Virus record (IMG/VR): IMGVR_UViG_3300037826_000058
Span: 1-64,000 of that record
Length of the DNA stretch: 64,000 nt
From: a virus
Direction: 5' to 3' (one strand)
Positions 1-9,777 of the stretch are shown here, in pieces. The translations under genes were made by a program, and so were the position numbers. Below the pieces are notes generated by a model that saw only the letters and a program-made list of their open reading frames with translations, did no database searches and was not told the origin of the DNA. How positions within the stretch are numbered: position 1 is the first letter of the stretch; each line of letters begins with the position of its first letter.

Positions 1-70
1 TCTTACGACACCTAGCTGGTGTGGTGGGCATTAAAGGTTCACCCTCTTTTGAAATCACCGGTACTCGCAT
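1..70 (-). CDS. iscB: IscB/IsrB-family OMEGA nuclease, N-terminus only (runs off the window)
   Basis: Manual translation from ATG at 70 gives MRVPVISKEGEPLMPTTPARCRK, the PLMP N-terminal motif; GAGGA RBS upstream; preceded by an omega-RNA-like segment. IscB and IsrB cannot be distinguished from 23 aa. Confidence 0.85.
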   Translation of the reverse strand, partial: MRVPVISKEGEPLMPTTPARCRK

Positions 71-74
71 TTAT

Positions 75-341
75 CCTCTTGTCAGATTATTGCTGATAAA
101 CAGCCGAGCCTGACTACTCGTATATGTACCCTCGCCAATGCGACTGAACGTGATGTCCGGTCTTTACCCGCGTCCCCGACAAGAGAGGACTTACAGAGCC
201 AAAAACTGGGCAAGCATTCTTGGGTGTTACCATTCAGCGCGTAGCCCTTGACTATATCCTTGCGGAAACGGGCTTAGGCTAGTCAACCTTACTGACATCC
301 CTGTCCTGACAAGCTCCCCGCTTTAGCGGGGAGAAGTTGAC
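75..341 (-). ncRNA. omega-RNA (HEARO-like) of an IS200/IS605 IscB element
   Basis: Minus strand reads GTCAACTTCTCCCCGCTAAAGCGGGGAGCTTG...GTTGACTAGCCTAAG...CTACG...AACACCCAAGAATGCTTGCCCAGTTTTTGGCTCTGT...CATTGGCGAGGG, the usual HEARO/omega-RNA motif order; 3' boundary approximate. Confidence 0.85.
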
Positions 342-346
342 ATTTT

Positions 347-1993
347 TCATAACATCGGGTTCCATTTATTCCTTTGGTATCGCTCATATCGCGAACGATA
401 CGGCATTTGTGACATGTGATCGGGCAAGCGAGACGCTTCTTGTGACCCGCCAATGAATGCATACCTCAGAGCATCCGGTGAATTATCAAACCTTTTCTCC
501 GGTCTGTCTCTGTCAAACCCCCCATCGGGTTTCCGCTTGCACTGATAACCTTTATCCAGTGCGTAGATTAACTTCTTGCAACGGGGGTCTACAAATAATG
601 ACGTGATACCCTGGGCATCCAAAAAAGCGTCACGTATTTGACCAACTCCATACATAATACTGCGTTTGTCCTTGCTAACAATCTTGCCGTTCAAACCTAT
701 ACGACGCCAATCCTCAGCCTCATCACCAGCAGCGGCCTCCATCCAATATACATCAACCATCTTGCCAAACCGCTTCTCAATATCGCGTCGCATCTCAAAT
801 GCAGCCTCTCGAATGCGAGACGGGGTAGAGTTATTGTCCGCCCACTCGTCAACAACCCAGCGTAGGCGACGACCATTTTTTAAGACCTTGGGGGCTTCAG
901 CTATAATGACCACCCGCCCCTTGGTGCGAAGGTCTACCCCACCAAAGAACTTCCACGCCGATATATCTGCACCCTCTGGTGGGAATTCCTTAACGTGCGT
1001 ATCAGTAGAGAACTGGCTGTAGACTAATCCCTCAGATGTCCCACGCATCATGAACATCTGCAAAACAAATAGCTCTACATCTGTCGATACCAAAAACTTG
1101 TCTACCGCGTCACTGTAAGGATAGTACCCTCGCGACCTGGCACCACGCCCCCTGCAAAGCTCTTCCTCCTTCTGTGTGAATGGATTTGTCCAGATATAGA
1201 ACGGGCACCCCTCACATTCTTTGGGGTAAGAGCGTCCGCACGGCTCAATAATGTCTAAGAGATCATATTCGTAGACCTCAATTCCTCGTTCGTCTGCCGA
1301 TTCAACAAGTGTTTGTAGTGTTCCATAATACTCATACTGCGACGACCCCATCAGGATGGTCGATGAATAAGGGCCACGACTAATCGGCATCTGTAAGGCA
1401 ATGTTCAGCGTGTCTAAATCAATATGGTCTAACTCGTCTATTCCCAACAGATTGGGGTGAGGCCCCGATACAGACTTCTTGCTTCCCCCTGTTCTAATCT
1501 CTAGCCTGCTACCATTTTTCAGGGCGGTCTTGCTGACCATCGGTTCGCCGGCTAAATTGTCATTAAACGCCGGTCTTCTAATAAAACCAGCCTCACCCTC
1601 CTTTTTGGGGTCGCCAGCATAATAGGCATACCCCTTCTGAGATTGTTGCTCTGTCCCGCCCACATGCACAATCTCAAAATCAGACTTGAAAACGGTGTTG
1701 AGTAAATAAATAATAGAAAACCCCAGTGTTTTGCCACCACCACGACAAGCCCTGATAAGCCCCTTGCTTATATCTCCAAAATAAGCATCAGCGATGAATT
1801 CAAACAGCGGACGGTGACCAGGAGCAGTAACAGTGCGGGGTATCTTGTATCCCAAAACATCACGTATCCACTCCCAGAGTTCATCTCTGGTAGTAGGTCT
1901 TTGGGATGCCTTCTCAAGCGCACGGCGTTTTTGCTCGTCCTTCAGGTCAGAGAGGGCGGCTTCCAGCAATGCTTGGGCCTGAGGATTACTCAT
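347..1993 (-). CDS. terL: Terminase large subunit
   Basis: Walker A-like CRGGGKT, Walker B LLGIDE, RNase H-like nuclease GGVD and C-terminal DNSPDALRY. Confidence 0.85.
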   Translation of the reverse strand: MSNPQAQALLEAALSDLKDEQKRRALEKASQRPTTRDELWEWIRDVLGYKIPRTVTAPGHRPLFEFIADAYFGDISKGLIRACRGGGKTLGFSIIYLLNTVFKSDFEIVHVGGTEQQSQKGYAYYAGDPKKEGEAGFIRRPAFNDNLAGEPMVSKTALKNGSRLEIRTGGSKKSVSGPHPNLLGIDELDHIDLDTLNIALQMPISRGPYSSTILMGSSQYEYYGTLQTLVESADERGIEVYEYDLLDIIEPCGRSYPKECEGCPFYIWTNPFTQKEEELCRGRGARSRGYYPYSDAVDKFLVSTDVELFVLQMFMMRGTSEGLVYSQFSTDTHVKEFPPEGADISAWKFFGGVDLRTKGRVVIIAEAPKVLKNGRRLRWVVDEWADNNSTPSRIREAAFEMRRDIEKRFGKMVDVYWMEAAAGDEAEDWRRIGLNGKIVSKDKRSIMYGVGQIRDAFLDAQGITSLFVDPRCKKLIYALDKGYQCKRKPDGGFDRDRPEKRFDNSPDALRYAFIGGSQEASRLPDHMSQMPYRSRYERYQRNKWNPML

Positions 1994-2543
1994 CTACTTC
2001 CTCGTAACTTCCATCAATAACTTGCTGAATGTCTTCGGTGTCACCACTTCTAAGCATTCCTGTGATTTTATCAATAGCGTCTGACAGTTCTCTATCCCCC
2101 ATTCCCTGAAAATTGAAAACAGCCGTTTGACTTGGAGGCTTTTTATTTGCCGCTTCACCCTGGCTGATCTTTCTGATAGTATCTACTACTTCCACAGGGT
2201 CTTTCTTAGTTAAGGGAAGACCCTCACGCTTTCGAGCGTCTATGACGCTCTCCAGCATTTTCTGCAAGGCGGCTATCTGCGCCATGGGGTCATCCATATA
2301 AATGTTCTCTCGTAAACGCCGCTCCTTTTCTCTGGTAAATGCAGGGTGATGACCACAATCCATCTGCGACAAATATGATACATCACACCCCAATCTTTCT
2401 GCAATCTTCGTTTTTTCCCCATGAGGTACAATGCCACCATATTCCTCAAGAACAATATCCAAATATTGCTCCTGAAGCTCTGTAAGTTCCTTTTTACCAG
2501 ACCTTTTTTCCTGTAAAGCAACTAACGCCATACTATCCCCCAC
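1986..2543 (-). CDS. Probable terminase small subunit (HTH)
   Basis: Overlaps the terL start; N-terminal HTH-like KTKIAERLGCDVSYLSQ; helical 185 aa. Confidence 0.55.
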   Translation of the reverse strand: MGDSMALVALQEKRSGKKELTELQEQYLDIVLEEYGGIVPHGEKTKIAERLGCDVSYLSQMDCGHHPAFTREKERRLRENIYMDDPMAQIAALQKMLESVIDARKREGLPLTKKDPVEVVDTIRKISQGEAANKKPPSQTAVFNFQGMGDRELSDAIDKITGMLRSGDTEDIQQVIDGSYEEVDE

Positions 2544-2605
2544 TTAATTTTTTTACAACTGTACCAAACTTATCATTCAATAATAACAAACGTCAAGGTT
2601 CTTCC

Positions 2606-2634
2606 TTGACAAAATGGTACGCATCTGATATAAT
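2606..2634 (+). promoter_or_regulatory. sigma70-type promoter
   Basis: TTGACA-17 nt-TATAAT, with TG extended -10, upstream of the HNH/recA operon. Confidence 0.85.
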
Positions 2635-2667
2635 GTATTCCTAGAGAGTACATAGAGAGTTGTTAAA

Positions 2668-3018
2668 ATGGGAAAGAGAGGCGACAAGGGTAGAGAGTAC
2701 AACCAAAAAACGTGGGCAACCACAATTACCAGAGACAAGGGTAAATGCCAAGTCTGTGGTAGTAAAGCGTCCGATGTACACGAAATCGTGTCACGGGCGC
2801 ATTTCGGCTCAAGAACACAACACCTATGCTATGCACTGAAAAACAGGTGTTGTGTTTGCGATTCTTGTCACAGAAAAGTACAAGGACAAGAAAAATGGAT
2901 GGTGTGGTTACTGGTAAAGATGCGTAACAAATATGGTTACAAATATCCTGAACCCACCTTCCAAAGATATTTGCGGTTAGAGGGGTTCTATACACATGCA
3001 AACAACGCTGGCGGTTAA
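2668..3018 (+). CDS. HNH endonuclease
   Basis: RDKGKCQVCG...DVHEI...NRCCVCDSCH zinc/HNH pattern. Confidence 0.75.
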   Translation: MGKRGDKGREYNQKTWATTITRDKGKCQVCGSKASDVHEIVSRAHFGSRTQHLCYALKNRCCVCDSCHRKVQGQEKWMVWLLVKMRNKYGYKYPEPTFQRYLRLEGFYTHANNAGG

Positions 3019-3355
3019 AGGTACTATATCCGACGATTACCATGATGATGCATTCTTTTATAGCGCACAAAGGTTACAAACAAGGATAGGTACTAACTTG
3101 GTCGCCGTTATAGAGCGACTAGGTGGCAAGGCTGTGGTTGACCTGCGGTATGAGGAAAATCATCACGACAGCATCTGTTACCCAAAAACAGAGGTAGTGC
3201 TACGGGCTATCATCAGCACACCACAAGATCATCTACCAGAAAGCCCGTCCAGATATAGAGGATACCCTGCTGTCTGGGTATGCGGTAAGTGTGGATTGCT
3301 CACCCAAGAAGATCGATGCCCAGAGTGCAATACCCCACGATCTGTCTACCGATAG
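2996..3355 (+). CDS. Hypothetical protein with C-terminal Zn ribbon
   Basis: WVCGKCG...RCPECNTPR; overlaps neighbours in the operon. Confidence 0.6.
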   Translation: MQTTLAVKGTISDDYHDDAFFYSAQRLQTRIGTNLVAVIERLGGKAVVDLRYEENHHDSICYPKTEVVLRAIISTPQDHLPESPSRYRGYPAVWVCGKCGLLTQEDRCPECNTPRSVYR

Positions 3356-3357
3356 AT

Positions 3358-3873
3358 ATGGCTCACGAGAGAGGTATGGCGGATGCGGAGTGTGGTAAAA
3401 GCATGCGTGATTGGGGCTGGTTCGCTTACAAGAAGGGTGATGCTATGTATTGCCCGCACTGTGGAAAATTGGTGTTGCCAGGAGCCGCTTCTGGTACATG
3501 GGATTTTCCAAAGGTTGGTGTCCCCGCGTGGAGCAAGCGAGAAAGCATCTTCATCGACGTAGAAGTAAAAGCCGGAAACACCAGCATACCCTTCGGGGAT
3601 TTAAGAGATAATCAGCGCCAGTGGGCAGAGGACAACCCAGAGCGCGAAAAATGGCTCTGGTTTTGTATTGGCAAGAATCGAGTGAACTCAACACATCACG
3701 CTCGTAGAACGTGGTTGTTTCCTTACAATGTTTTTCTGGAATGGGAACAACAGCTAGAGCGAAAATCTTTGCCATACTGCTACGAACCAATGATGGTTTA
3801 CGTTCTGGAGTGGGTAGGAGATGGTATTTGGACAGTGCCAGAACGACACCCGATATATAGTTACTTGAGGTAA
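3358..3873 (+). CDS. PD-(D/E)XK nuclease, Holliday-junction-resolvase-like
   Basis: WDF...IDVEVK motif plus CPHC; start placed at ATG 3358. Confidence 0.55.
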   Translation: MAHERGMADAECGKSMRDWGWFAYKKGDAMYCPHCGKLVLPGAASGTWDFPKVGVPAWSKRESIFIDVEVKAGNTSIPFGDLRDNQRQWAEDNPEREKWLWFCIGKNRVNSTHHARRTWLFPYNVFLEWEQQLERKSLPYCYEPMMVYVLEWVGDGIWTVPERHPIYSYLR

Positions 3874-3875
3874 AA

Positions 3876-4124
3876 ATGCCATCCCCATATTCGATAAGAT
3901 TCGAGCCTGAAATCAGAGAGAAACTGGATGCCGAAGTAGAGCGTCGTCAAATGGACTCGCTAGCATCACTTCTCAACCTGATTATCAGTGAGTGGTTCCG
4001 TCGTAGAGAAGAACCGCAAACACAGATATACGAAGCTCCAAACGGTGTGATGATAGAGGTAGCGTTCTACAACGACACGTCTGGAGTAGAGATTGTAGGA
4101 GTCAAACCATTATGCAAGGATTAA
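3876..4124 (+). CDS. Ribbon-helix-helix-like DNA-binding protein
   Basis: YSIRFEPEIREKLDAEVERRQMDSLASLLNLIISEW, CopG/Arc-like pattern. Confidence 0.55.
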   Translation: MPSPYSIRFEPEIREKLDAEVERRQMDSLASLLNLIISEWFRRREEPQTQIYEAPNGVMIEVAFYNDTSGVEIVGVKPLCKD

Positions 4125-5143
4125 GTAAAATAGAAAGAAAATACCCAGGTGTAGTCACAACGTTCAACGACTATCCAGATGTTGATGTCATATCAACAGG
4201 TTCCATCAAACTGGATAGAGCCATCGGGGCAAAAGACAAACTACTTGGTGTTCCCCTGGGAAGAATCACAATCCTGTGGGGAGAGAAAGGTAGCGGTAAA
4301 ACCAGTGTGTCTTTGTCAATAGTTGCACAAGCCCAGAAAATGGGGCTTAAATGTGCCTACGTAGATGTAGAATTCGCCCTAGACCACACCTACGCCCAAA
4401 AGTGTGGTGTGAATCTAGACGACCTAATCAGGATAAAGCCAGTAGAGGAAAGCACGGGTTCCCTTCTTCCCATGGAGGGGGTTTGGGAGATTATCGAGGG
4501 GCTAGCAAGAAGTAACAAAATAGACCTTATCATCCTTGATTCCCTCGACGCCCTCACCCCCAAGGCGGAGATAGAAGGAGAGGTAGGGGAATCCCACGTG
4601 GGTCTCAAAGCACGTATCAATGCACAGGCTATGAGAAAAATAGTCGGCCCGCTGATGATTAACAATACAGCCCTTATTGTAACAGGGCAAAGAAGGTACA
4701 AGATTGGTGGCTGGGGAAATCCAGAGACCATGAGTGGCGGACAAGCCATTCAACATGCCGCCAGTCTAAGAATTGATTTGTCCCCCCGAAAACCCACAAA
4801 GGACAAAGACGGTAAACCTGTTCGCCAGCCCACTCACTGTTATGTGAAATGGAGCAAAATCGCACCACCCAGCCACAGTGCTACCATTGTGATAGAATAT
4901 GGGCGAGGCATTTGTATCGAGGAAGAAGTGCTTGATCTTGGGGAAGAGCTAGGGGTGTTTGAAAAGAATGGAGCTTACTACTACTTCACAGAAAGTGAAT
5001 CCCCAGACGCGCACGGCTCGTTTGGAGCCACCGTTTTCCTGAGAGACCACCAAGACATTTTAAGCGAATTACTAGACGAAATAAGGAAAAAGCTAAATGG
5101 TACTGAGGATGAAACAAGCAGCAGAGAAATTGAGGAAGAATAA
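4112..5143 (+). CDS. recA: RecA recombinase
   Basis: ISTGSIKLDRAIG, GEKGSGKT, IILDSLDALTPKAEIEGE, ETMSGGQAIQHAASLRI. Confidence 0.95.
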   Translation: MQGLSKIERKYPGVVTTFNDYPDVDVISTGSIKLDRAIGAKDKLLGVPLGRITILWGEKGSGKTSVSLSIVAQAQKMGLKCAYVDVEFALDHTYAQKCGVNLDDLIRIKPVEESTGSLLPMEGVWEIIEGLARSNKIDLIILDSLDALTPKAEIEGEVGESHVGLKARINAQAMRKIVGPLMINNTALIVTGQRRYKIGGWGNPETMSGGQAIQHAASLRIDLSPRKPTKDKDGKPVRQPTHCYVKWSKIAPPSHSATIVIEYGRGICIEEEVLDLGEELGVFEKNGAYYYFTESESPDAHGSFGATVFLRDHQDILSELLDEIRKKLNGTEDETSSREIEEE

Positions 5144-5568
5144 TGGATTGGAAAGACTTCAAAGAAAGAGAAGACATGCACCTTTGGGGGCCACGCCTCT
5201 TGGAACTAAGAAAAACTGGGAACGTGTTTACATATTCACAGATAGCAAAAATGTGGGGGGTAGAATCGTCATGGTTGACCATCACGGTATGGGCACGCCG
5301 ATATGATTGCGTTACCATAGATCAATCTACGAAACCACACCAAATCACTTTCGACTGGAATGGTCTAGAGATTGAAGAAAAAGTCGATGTAAAACCGCAA
5401 ACCAAATGGAATATCGAACAAAGAATCCACGAGCCAGTTGAAAGCACCAATCAACACGAAGGATGGAATGTTGAACGTCAACGAGGTAGATTGACAGTTA
5501 ATGATAAGTGGGTTGTATTCGTGGACAACGGGGTTGTTGTTAGCAAAACGTTGCTAGAAAATGCCTAA
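5143..5568 (+). CDS. Hypothetical protein
   Basis: Translationally coupled ORF (TAATG overlap). Confidence 0.6.
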   Translation: MDWKDFKEREDMHLWGPRLLELRKTGNVFTYSQIAKMWGVESSWLTITVWARRYDCVTIDQSTKPHQITFDWNGLEIEEKVDVKPQTKWNIEQRIHEPVESTNQHEGWNVERQRGRLTVNDKWVVFVDNGVVVSKTLLENA

Positions 5569-6190
5569 CTATAAGACACACAAAAAAGCATCCGTTGTTC
5601 TGGCGGGCGGATGCGCAATAATGACTTGGGTAGCCACTGGTGGTCACCTGAGCTGGAACCATGAAACGGCGTTTGGGGTTGTGGTGTCCGGTGTCGTTGC
5701 AATAGGTTGTTACGCTGGGGGTACATTCTTCTCACCCGACTTAGACCTCCCCAGTACACCCTATAACAACTGGAAGCTGGCACGGTTACTATGGCTTCCA
5801 TATCAAATATTCACCGGACATCGCAGCCCAGTGTCACATTGGCCCATCATGGGGGCCATGATACAGCAATTTTACTTGCTGTTTATGCTCACGTTATTAT
5901 CTATAGCAGGTACGCTAGCATGGAACCTGGTGTTTGTACCCTACACCGATCTAGGGCGTCTGTATGGTGCTACCAGGACAGCATGGACTATCAAAGACAT
6001 TCTAGGTATCATGATCAGCCCTCTGAAAAGCCCCGCTTATTGGGTCTTTATCGGGGGGCAAAGCATCGGCTCGGCTTTTCACTGTATCATGGATTGGGCC
6101 GATAGTAAGCGTCGTCGTCATTATCAAGGACAACCAATGGGGCCTGATGACGAGGATGAAAAAGCAAACGTTAGAGGATTATGGGGGTAA
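5561..6190 (+). CDS. Metal-binding membrane protein (DUF2227/YdjM-like)
   Basis: N-terminal TH, SPDLD, HRSPVSHWP and FHCIMD motifs with hydrophobic helices. Confidence 0.7.
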   Translation: MPNYKTHKKASVVLAGGCAIMTWVATGGHLSWNHETAFGVVVSGVVAIGCYAGGTFFSPDLDLPSTPYNNWKLARLLWLPYQIFTGHRSPVSHWPIMGAMIQQFYLLFMLTLLSIAGTLAWNLVFVPYTDLGRLYGATRTAWTIKDILGIMISPLKSPAYWVFIGGQSIGSAFHCIMDWADSKRRRHYQGQPMGPDDEDEKANVRGLWG

Positions 6191-6193
6191 GAT

Positions 6194-6562
6194 ATGGGCT
6201 ATCAAAAAATTGTCATTGTGGGGCACATTGGAAAGGACGCCGAGCTGCGCTACTTAGGAGACGGTACACCAGTTGCCAATTTCAACGTCGCTGTCTCTGA
6301 CTACAAAGACAAGACCATTTGGTTTAGAGTCGCTGTCTGGAGAGACAGGGCCGAGAACCTAGCAGGATACCTCACCAAGGGAAAACAAGTCTTGGTAGAG
6401 GGGAAAATGAACGAACCTAATGCATGGATAAAAGGAGATGAAGCAAAAGCATCGCTAGAAATGACAGGGTATCGTATAGAATTCTTGGGAGGAGGAAACG
6501 ACAACAACAAAAAAGAAACAACGAAGGGGAACAATGGTTCCGAGGAGGATATTCCGTTTTGA
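6194..6562 (+). CDS. ssb: Single-stranded DNA-binding protein
   Basis: VGHIGKDAELRY...VANFNVA...KGKQVLVEG; acidic tail EEDIPF. Confidence 0.95.
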   Translation: MGYQKIVIVGHIGKDAELRYLGDGTPVANFNVAVSDYKDKTIWFRVAVWRDRAENLAGYLTKGKQVLVEGKMNEPNAWIKGDEAKASLEMTGYRIEFLGGGNDNNKKETTKGNNGSEEDIPF

Positions 6563-6993
6563 CAAGAATAGTCTTTGACAAATATGCACCTGACGCAAGT
6601 TCAGGCTCGTGGATATACAGCACGTTGCCGTACCCTGAAGCAATCATTAAGAAAACCTATGCGGCGGTTGAGACATTCAGTACAGAGGTCAATAAAATGA
6701 GCGTTAAGGTAAACAAGTCTCAGGAGGACAAAATGAATACACGTAGATTGGTAGAAGTAATAGTGATTGACCCGGATTCTAGAGTGCCGGATGACAAAGC
6801 GTTATTGCTACACACCCACCCCTTCTTGACAGACGCCAGCGACAAAGCAATATTCTATGAGCACGGGCTGGCTGAGCTACTCAAGGAACACAACAAAGTC
6901 AGGGAAGGGCTTGACCTACCCCCCGTCACACTAGACGATATTGTGTTCAAAGTAAATACGTTGAACACAACATATCTAACTCACACCGACTAA
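6559..6993 (+). CDS. Hypothetical protein (true start may be 6697 or 6733)
   Basis: ORF coupled to the downstream FtsK gene; AGGAGG RBS before 6733. Confidence 0.55.
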   Translation: MTRIVFDKYAPDASSGSWIYSTLPYPEAIIKKTYAAVETFSTEVNKMSVKVNKSQEDKMNTRRLVEVIVIDPDSRVPDDKALLLHTHPFLTDASDKAIFYEHGLAELLKEHNKVREGLDLPPVTLDDIVFKVNTLNTTYLTHTD

Positions 6994-8381
6994 TGCTAGA
7001 AGAGAGCACTGTCAACAAGCTGAACAAGGCTGCCACCATCATAGAGGCGGCTTGCTACGACGCTGGGGTTCCGATCATCATAGACAGTAACGGTATCTCG
7101 GCACTTGGCAACCAGTGTCGGTTCTATGCACGACCCGCAAGGTCGTCGCGTGATTTAGGCGAGCTGAAGAAAAGGTTAAAGCTAAACAGTATACATTATG
7201 GTAAAGATGCGTTTAGGAACCTCTCTACGCTTAGAAAAAGTGCAGCTGACCCCATCAGGGCCGGTTTAATGCTACCCAGGGCTGCAGGATTTACCATAGA
7301 TATATCGCAGGGTATGGTAGTTTTTGACTTCTCTCTATCTGACCTGGTAGGCAGTGATGTATTTGCTTACCTGGACATCAGTGATTTACCATATCCGGAA
7401 AAAAACGCTATTCCCATGGGGGTAACCCTTGAGGGGGAGACAGTCGTCTTCGACCCCACACATCCCAACCACTGCCACGCCCTGATTGCAGGTATTACTG
7501 GTTCTGGAAAGACAGTGCTCTCAAATACAATCATCGCTGGTTTGGTGCGAGCCTACACACCCGATGAGTTAAAGATGTTTATGTCATCTGGAAAACCAGA
7601 AGATGTTAGAATATGGGACGGACTCCCACACCTCCTAGCTCCTCCTACATACGAACCCCACAAAGCGTTCTCTATGCTGAAATGGGTAGAAGAGGAGCGA
7701 CGCCAACGAGCTGAAAAGGTAAACGGGGATAAGGATGGTCTGCCCCTAATCGTAGTATATATCGGTGAGGTTAGCGTGTTAACCGACCTCAACCCCACCA
7801 AGTTCGGAGACTTGTTAGAAAACTTGACCCGCCTTGGTCGTAGCGATAGAATCATGCTAATCTGTGCAACGCAAAGACCACGTGGTGACCAGATTGGCAA
7901 CATTGTCGCTAAATCGCAAATACCACTGGTCATCTGTGGCAAGGTACAGAACCCGCAAGATTCTTACCTGGCCTTGGGTAAGGGCAGTGGGGGGGCCGAA
8001 ACCCTTCCTGGGCGTGGTTCGTTTATCACAAATAACTTAGTGAAGTTTCAAGCCGCTTTCACCTGTGACGATAACAAACCCGACCGTGCCGAACAAATCA
8101 TAAACGGGTACGCCAGAAAATGGGATGCCGAATACGTAGAGTTACCAGACGACGACATCGAGGCTACTGGTACTGCACGCGACAGCGAAGTGCATGAGGT
8201 TATAGCATGGTTCAAGCAAGACACTATAGAAGAAACGTCTATATCCCATATCATGAGAAATATGAACTGGGGATACCCTAGAGCGTCAAGGGTATATGAA
8301 GCATTAGAGGATATGAACGTTGTCAGCGAAGAAAGAAACGACAACCGAAGAGCACCAGTGTTTTTGGAGAAAATAGAATGA
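6993..8381 (+). CDS. FtsK/SpoIIIE-family DNA translocase with C-terminal gamma (wHTH) domain
   Basis: HALIAGITGSGKT, RLGRSDRIMLICATQRP, GAETLPGRG; gamma-like TSISHIMRNMNWGYPRASRVYEALE. Walker B is atypical (VVYIGE). Confidence 0.85.
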   Translation: MLEESTVNKLNKAATIIEAACYDAGVPIIIDSNGISALGNQCRFYARPARSSRDLGELKKRLKLNSIHYGKDAFRNLSTLRKSAADPIRAGLMLPRAAGFTIDISQGMVVFDFSLSDLVGSDVFAYLDISDLPYPEKNAIPMGVTLEGETVVFDPTHPNHCHALIAGITGSGKTVLSNTIIAGLVRAYTPDELKMFMSSGKPEDVRIWDGLPHLLAPPTYEPHKAFSMLKWVEEERRQRAEKVNGDKDGLPLIVVYIGEVSVLTDLNPTKFGDLLENLTRLGRSDRIMLICATQRPRGDQIGNIVAKSQIPLVICGKVQNPQDSYLALGKGSGGAETLPGRGSFITNNLVKFQAAFTCDDNKPDRAEQIINGYARKWDAEYVELPDDDIEATGTARDSEVHEVIAWFKQDTIEETSISHIMRNMNWGYPRASRVYEALEDMNVVSEERNDNRRAPVFLEKIE

Positions 8382-8539
8382 TCCCTTGGATAGTGGCAAC
8401 CTTGGCGGTGGGTATCTTGGTTGGGTTTGTAGCTGGTACTTTTTTTGGATGGAAGGTTTGGGGGGCAAGGGAAAAGCCCGCATCGGTATCCACTCAACAA
8501 AGCACACAGCCTAAACGCAACGTAAGAATACCAGCCTGA
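8378..8539 (+). CDS. Small single-TM protein, 53 aa (not in the ORF track)
   Basis: Manual translation MIPWIVATLAVGILVGFVAGTFFGWKVWGAREK...; ATGA and TGATG overlaps at its two ends. Confidence 0.7.
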   Translation: MIPWIVATLAVGILVGFVAGTFFGWKVWGAREKPASVSTQQSTQPKRNVRIPA

Positions 8540-9084
8540 TGGAACAAGAACGAATTGTGTGGCGACGTTGCTTCATCGCGGTATTGCGAGATATAAGGCA
8601 CTCACTCTTGTTTGTCATCACTACGACGATCTTTACAACAATGATGACGATTAAAGTGTTCTCGCCTTACTTACAATATGCAACTATCACCCCCATCACA
8701 ATAGCGTTTTTAATGGCGTTTTATACGATACCCGTGATTGCAATTATCATTTTTGGGTTTGACCTTAGAGACGCGACAGATGAAAAATACGAAATCACAG
8801 AGGATGGTAAAATCAGTATCCTTTACAGAAAGTGGGCTACATTCTATAGCCCTCGCTCTGGTGATGTGAGCAGAGTTGATACTGGATACATCATCCAAGA
8901 CGGGCTGTTGGCAAATCTTTTCAACTATGGAGACGTTTTCTTGCAAGTGGGTTGGAGCAAGACACCGTTCAAAATCACCGAGGTTAATAACCCACAAAAA
9001 GTATTGAGAACTATACTAGAAAGAGCTAAGGCCCCATCCGCAGAGGAAGGGGAGAGCGCTCTAGGGAATATAATGTATGGGTAA
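8539..9084 (+). CDS. Membrane protein with bacterial PH-like domain
   Basis: Two TM helices, then YEIT...QDGLLANLFNYGDVFLQ...VNNPQKV (bPH_2-like pattern). Confidence 0.65.
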   Translation: MEQERIVWRRCFIAVLRDIRHSLLFVITTTIFTTMMTIKVFSPYLQYATITPITIAFLMAFYTIPVIAIIIFGFDLRDATDEKYEITEDGKISILYRKWATFYSPRSGDVSRVDTGYIIQDGLLANLFNYGDVFLQVGWSKTPFKITEVNNPQKVLRTILERAKAPSAEEGESALGNIMYG

Positions 9085-9775
9085 GAATGGTGGTGGGCTT
9101 TTTATCTTCTTATTATTAGCAGCTATCATTGTAGCTGTAGCATGGGGAATCGTGCGCGGGATTGGTACGATGGCACACGCTAGAGCCGATATGTACAGAG
9201 AGCAAAAATCCGTCGAGATAGAATCGGATGAGTTCGATCTTTCTGTCAGAAAAGAAAAGTGGGACGCCATCCAAGACGAGTGGCAAACCTCTATGGAAAA
9301 CTTTGTCAACTCTGTTGCATGGACAGTTAAATGGGGATTCAAGGTGGTTGCTACCGCGACAATCATTACCCTTTCACTTACCGTCGTGGTGTTGGGGATA
9401 GGGTTTTCATACAATTTCTTCCAAAGGAAAACCATGGAAGCACATCAGGTATTACCAGATCGAGCTATCCTGTTTCCAGGGCACAACATCTACGACGCAA
9501 GACTGGGTACGTCTAACGACTACACTCAGCCGGTAAGCATGCCACCAGAAGACAGAGCTAGGTCTCTGGCCGACTACCGATCAACGGTAATGAATGGATA
9601 CTCAGAGATTGTCACAGCGGCCCTAACACGCATTCAAACAAGAGGGTTTGCTACGGTGGGTGAACAACACCTCCTGGAAAAACTGGGTATAAAAGAGAAG
9701 GAGGTTCTAGACGGGCAATGGAAGGAAATATCAGAGTCGGAAGCCAGAAAGAAGCTGATTAACATGGGAGACTAG
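9077..9775 (+). CDS. Membrane protein (2 TM)
   Basis: Two hydrophobic segments; coupled to neighbours. Confidence 0.65.
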   Translation: MGKNGGGLFIFLLLAAIIVAVAWGIVRGIGTMAHARADMYREQKSVEIESDEFDLSVRKEKWDAIQDEWQTSMENFVNSVAWTVKWGFKVVATATIITLSLTVVVLGIGFSYNFFQRKTMEAHQVLPDRAILFPGHNIYDARLGTSNDYTQPVSMPPEDRARSLADYRSTVMNGYSEIVTAALTRIQTRGFATVGEQHLLEKLGIKEKEVLDGQWKEISESEARKKLINMGD

Positions 9776-9777
9776 AG

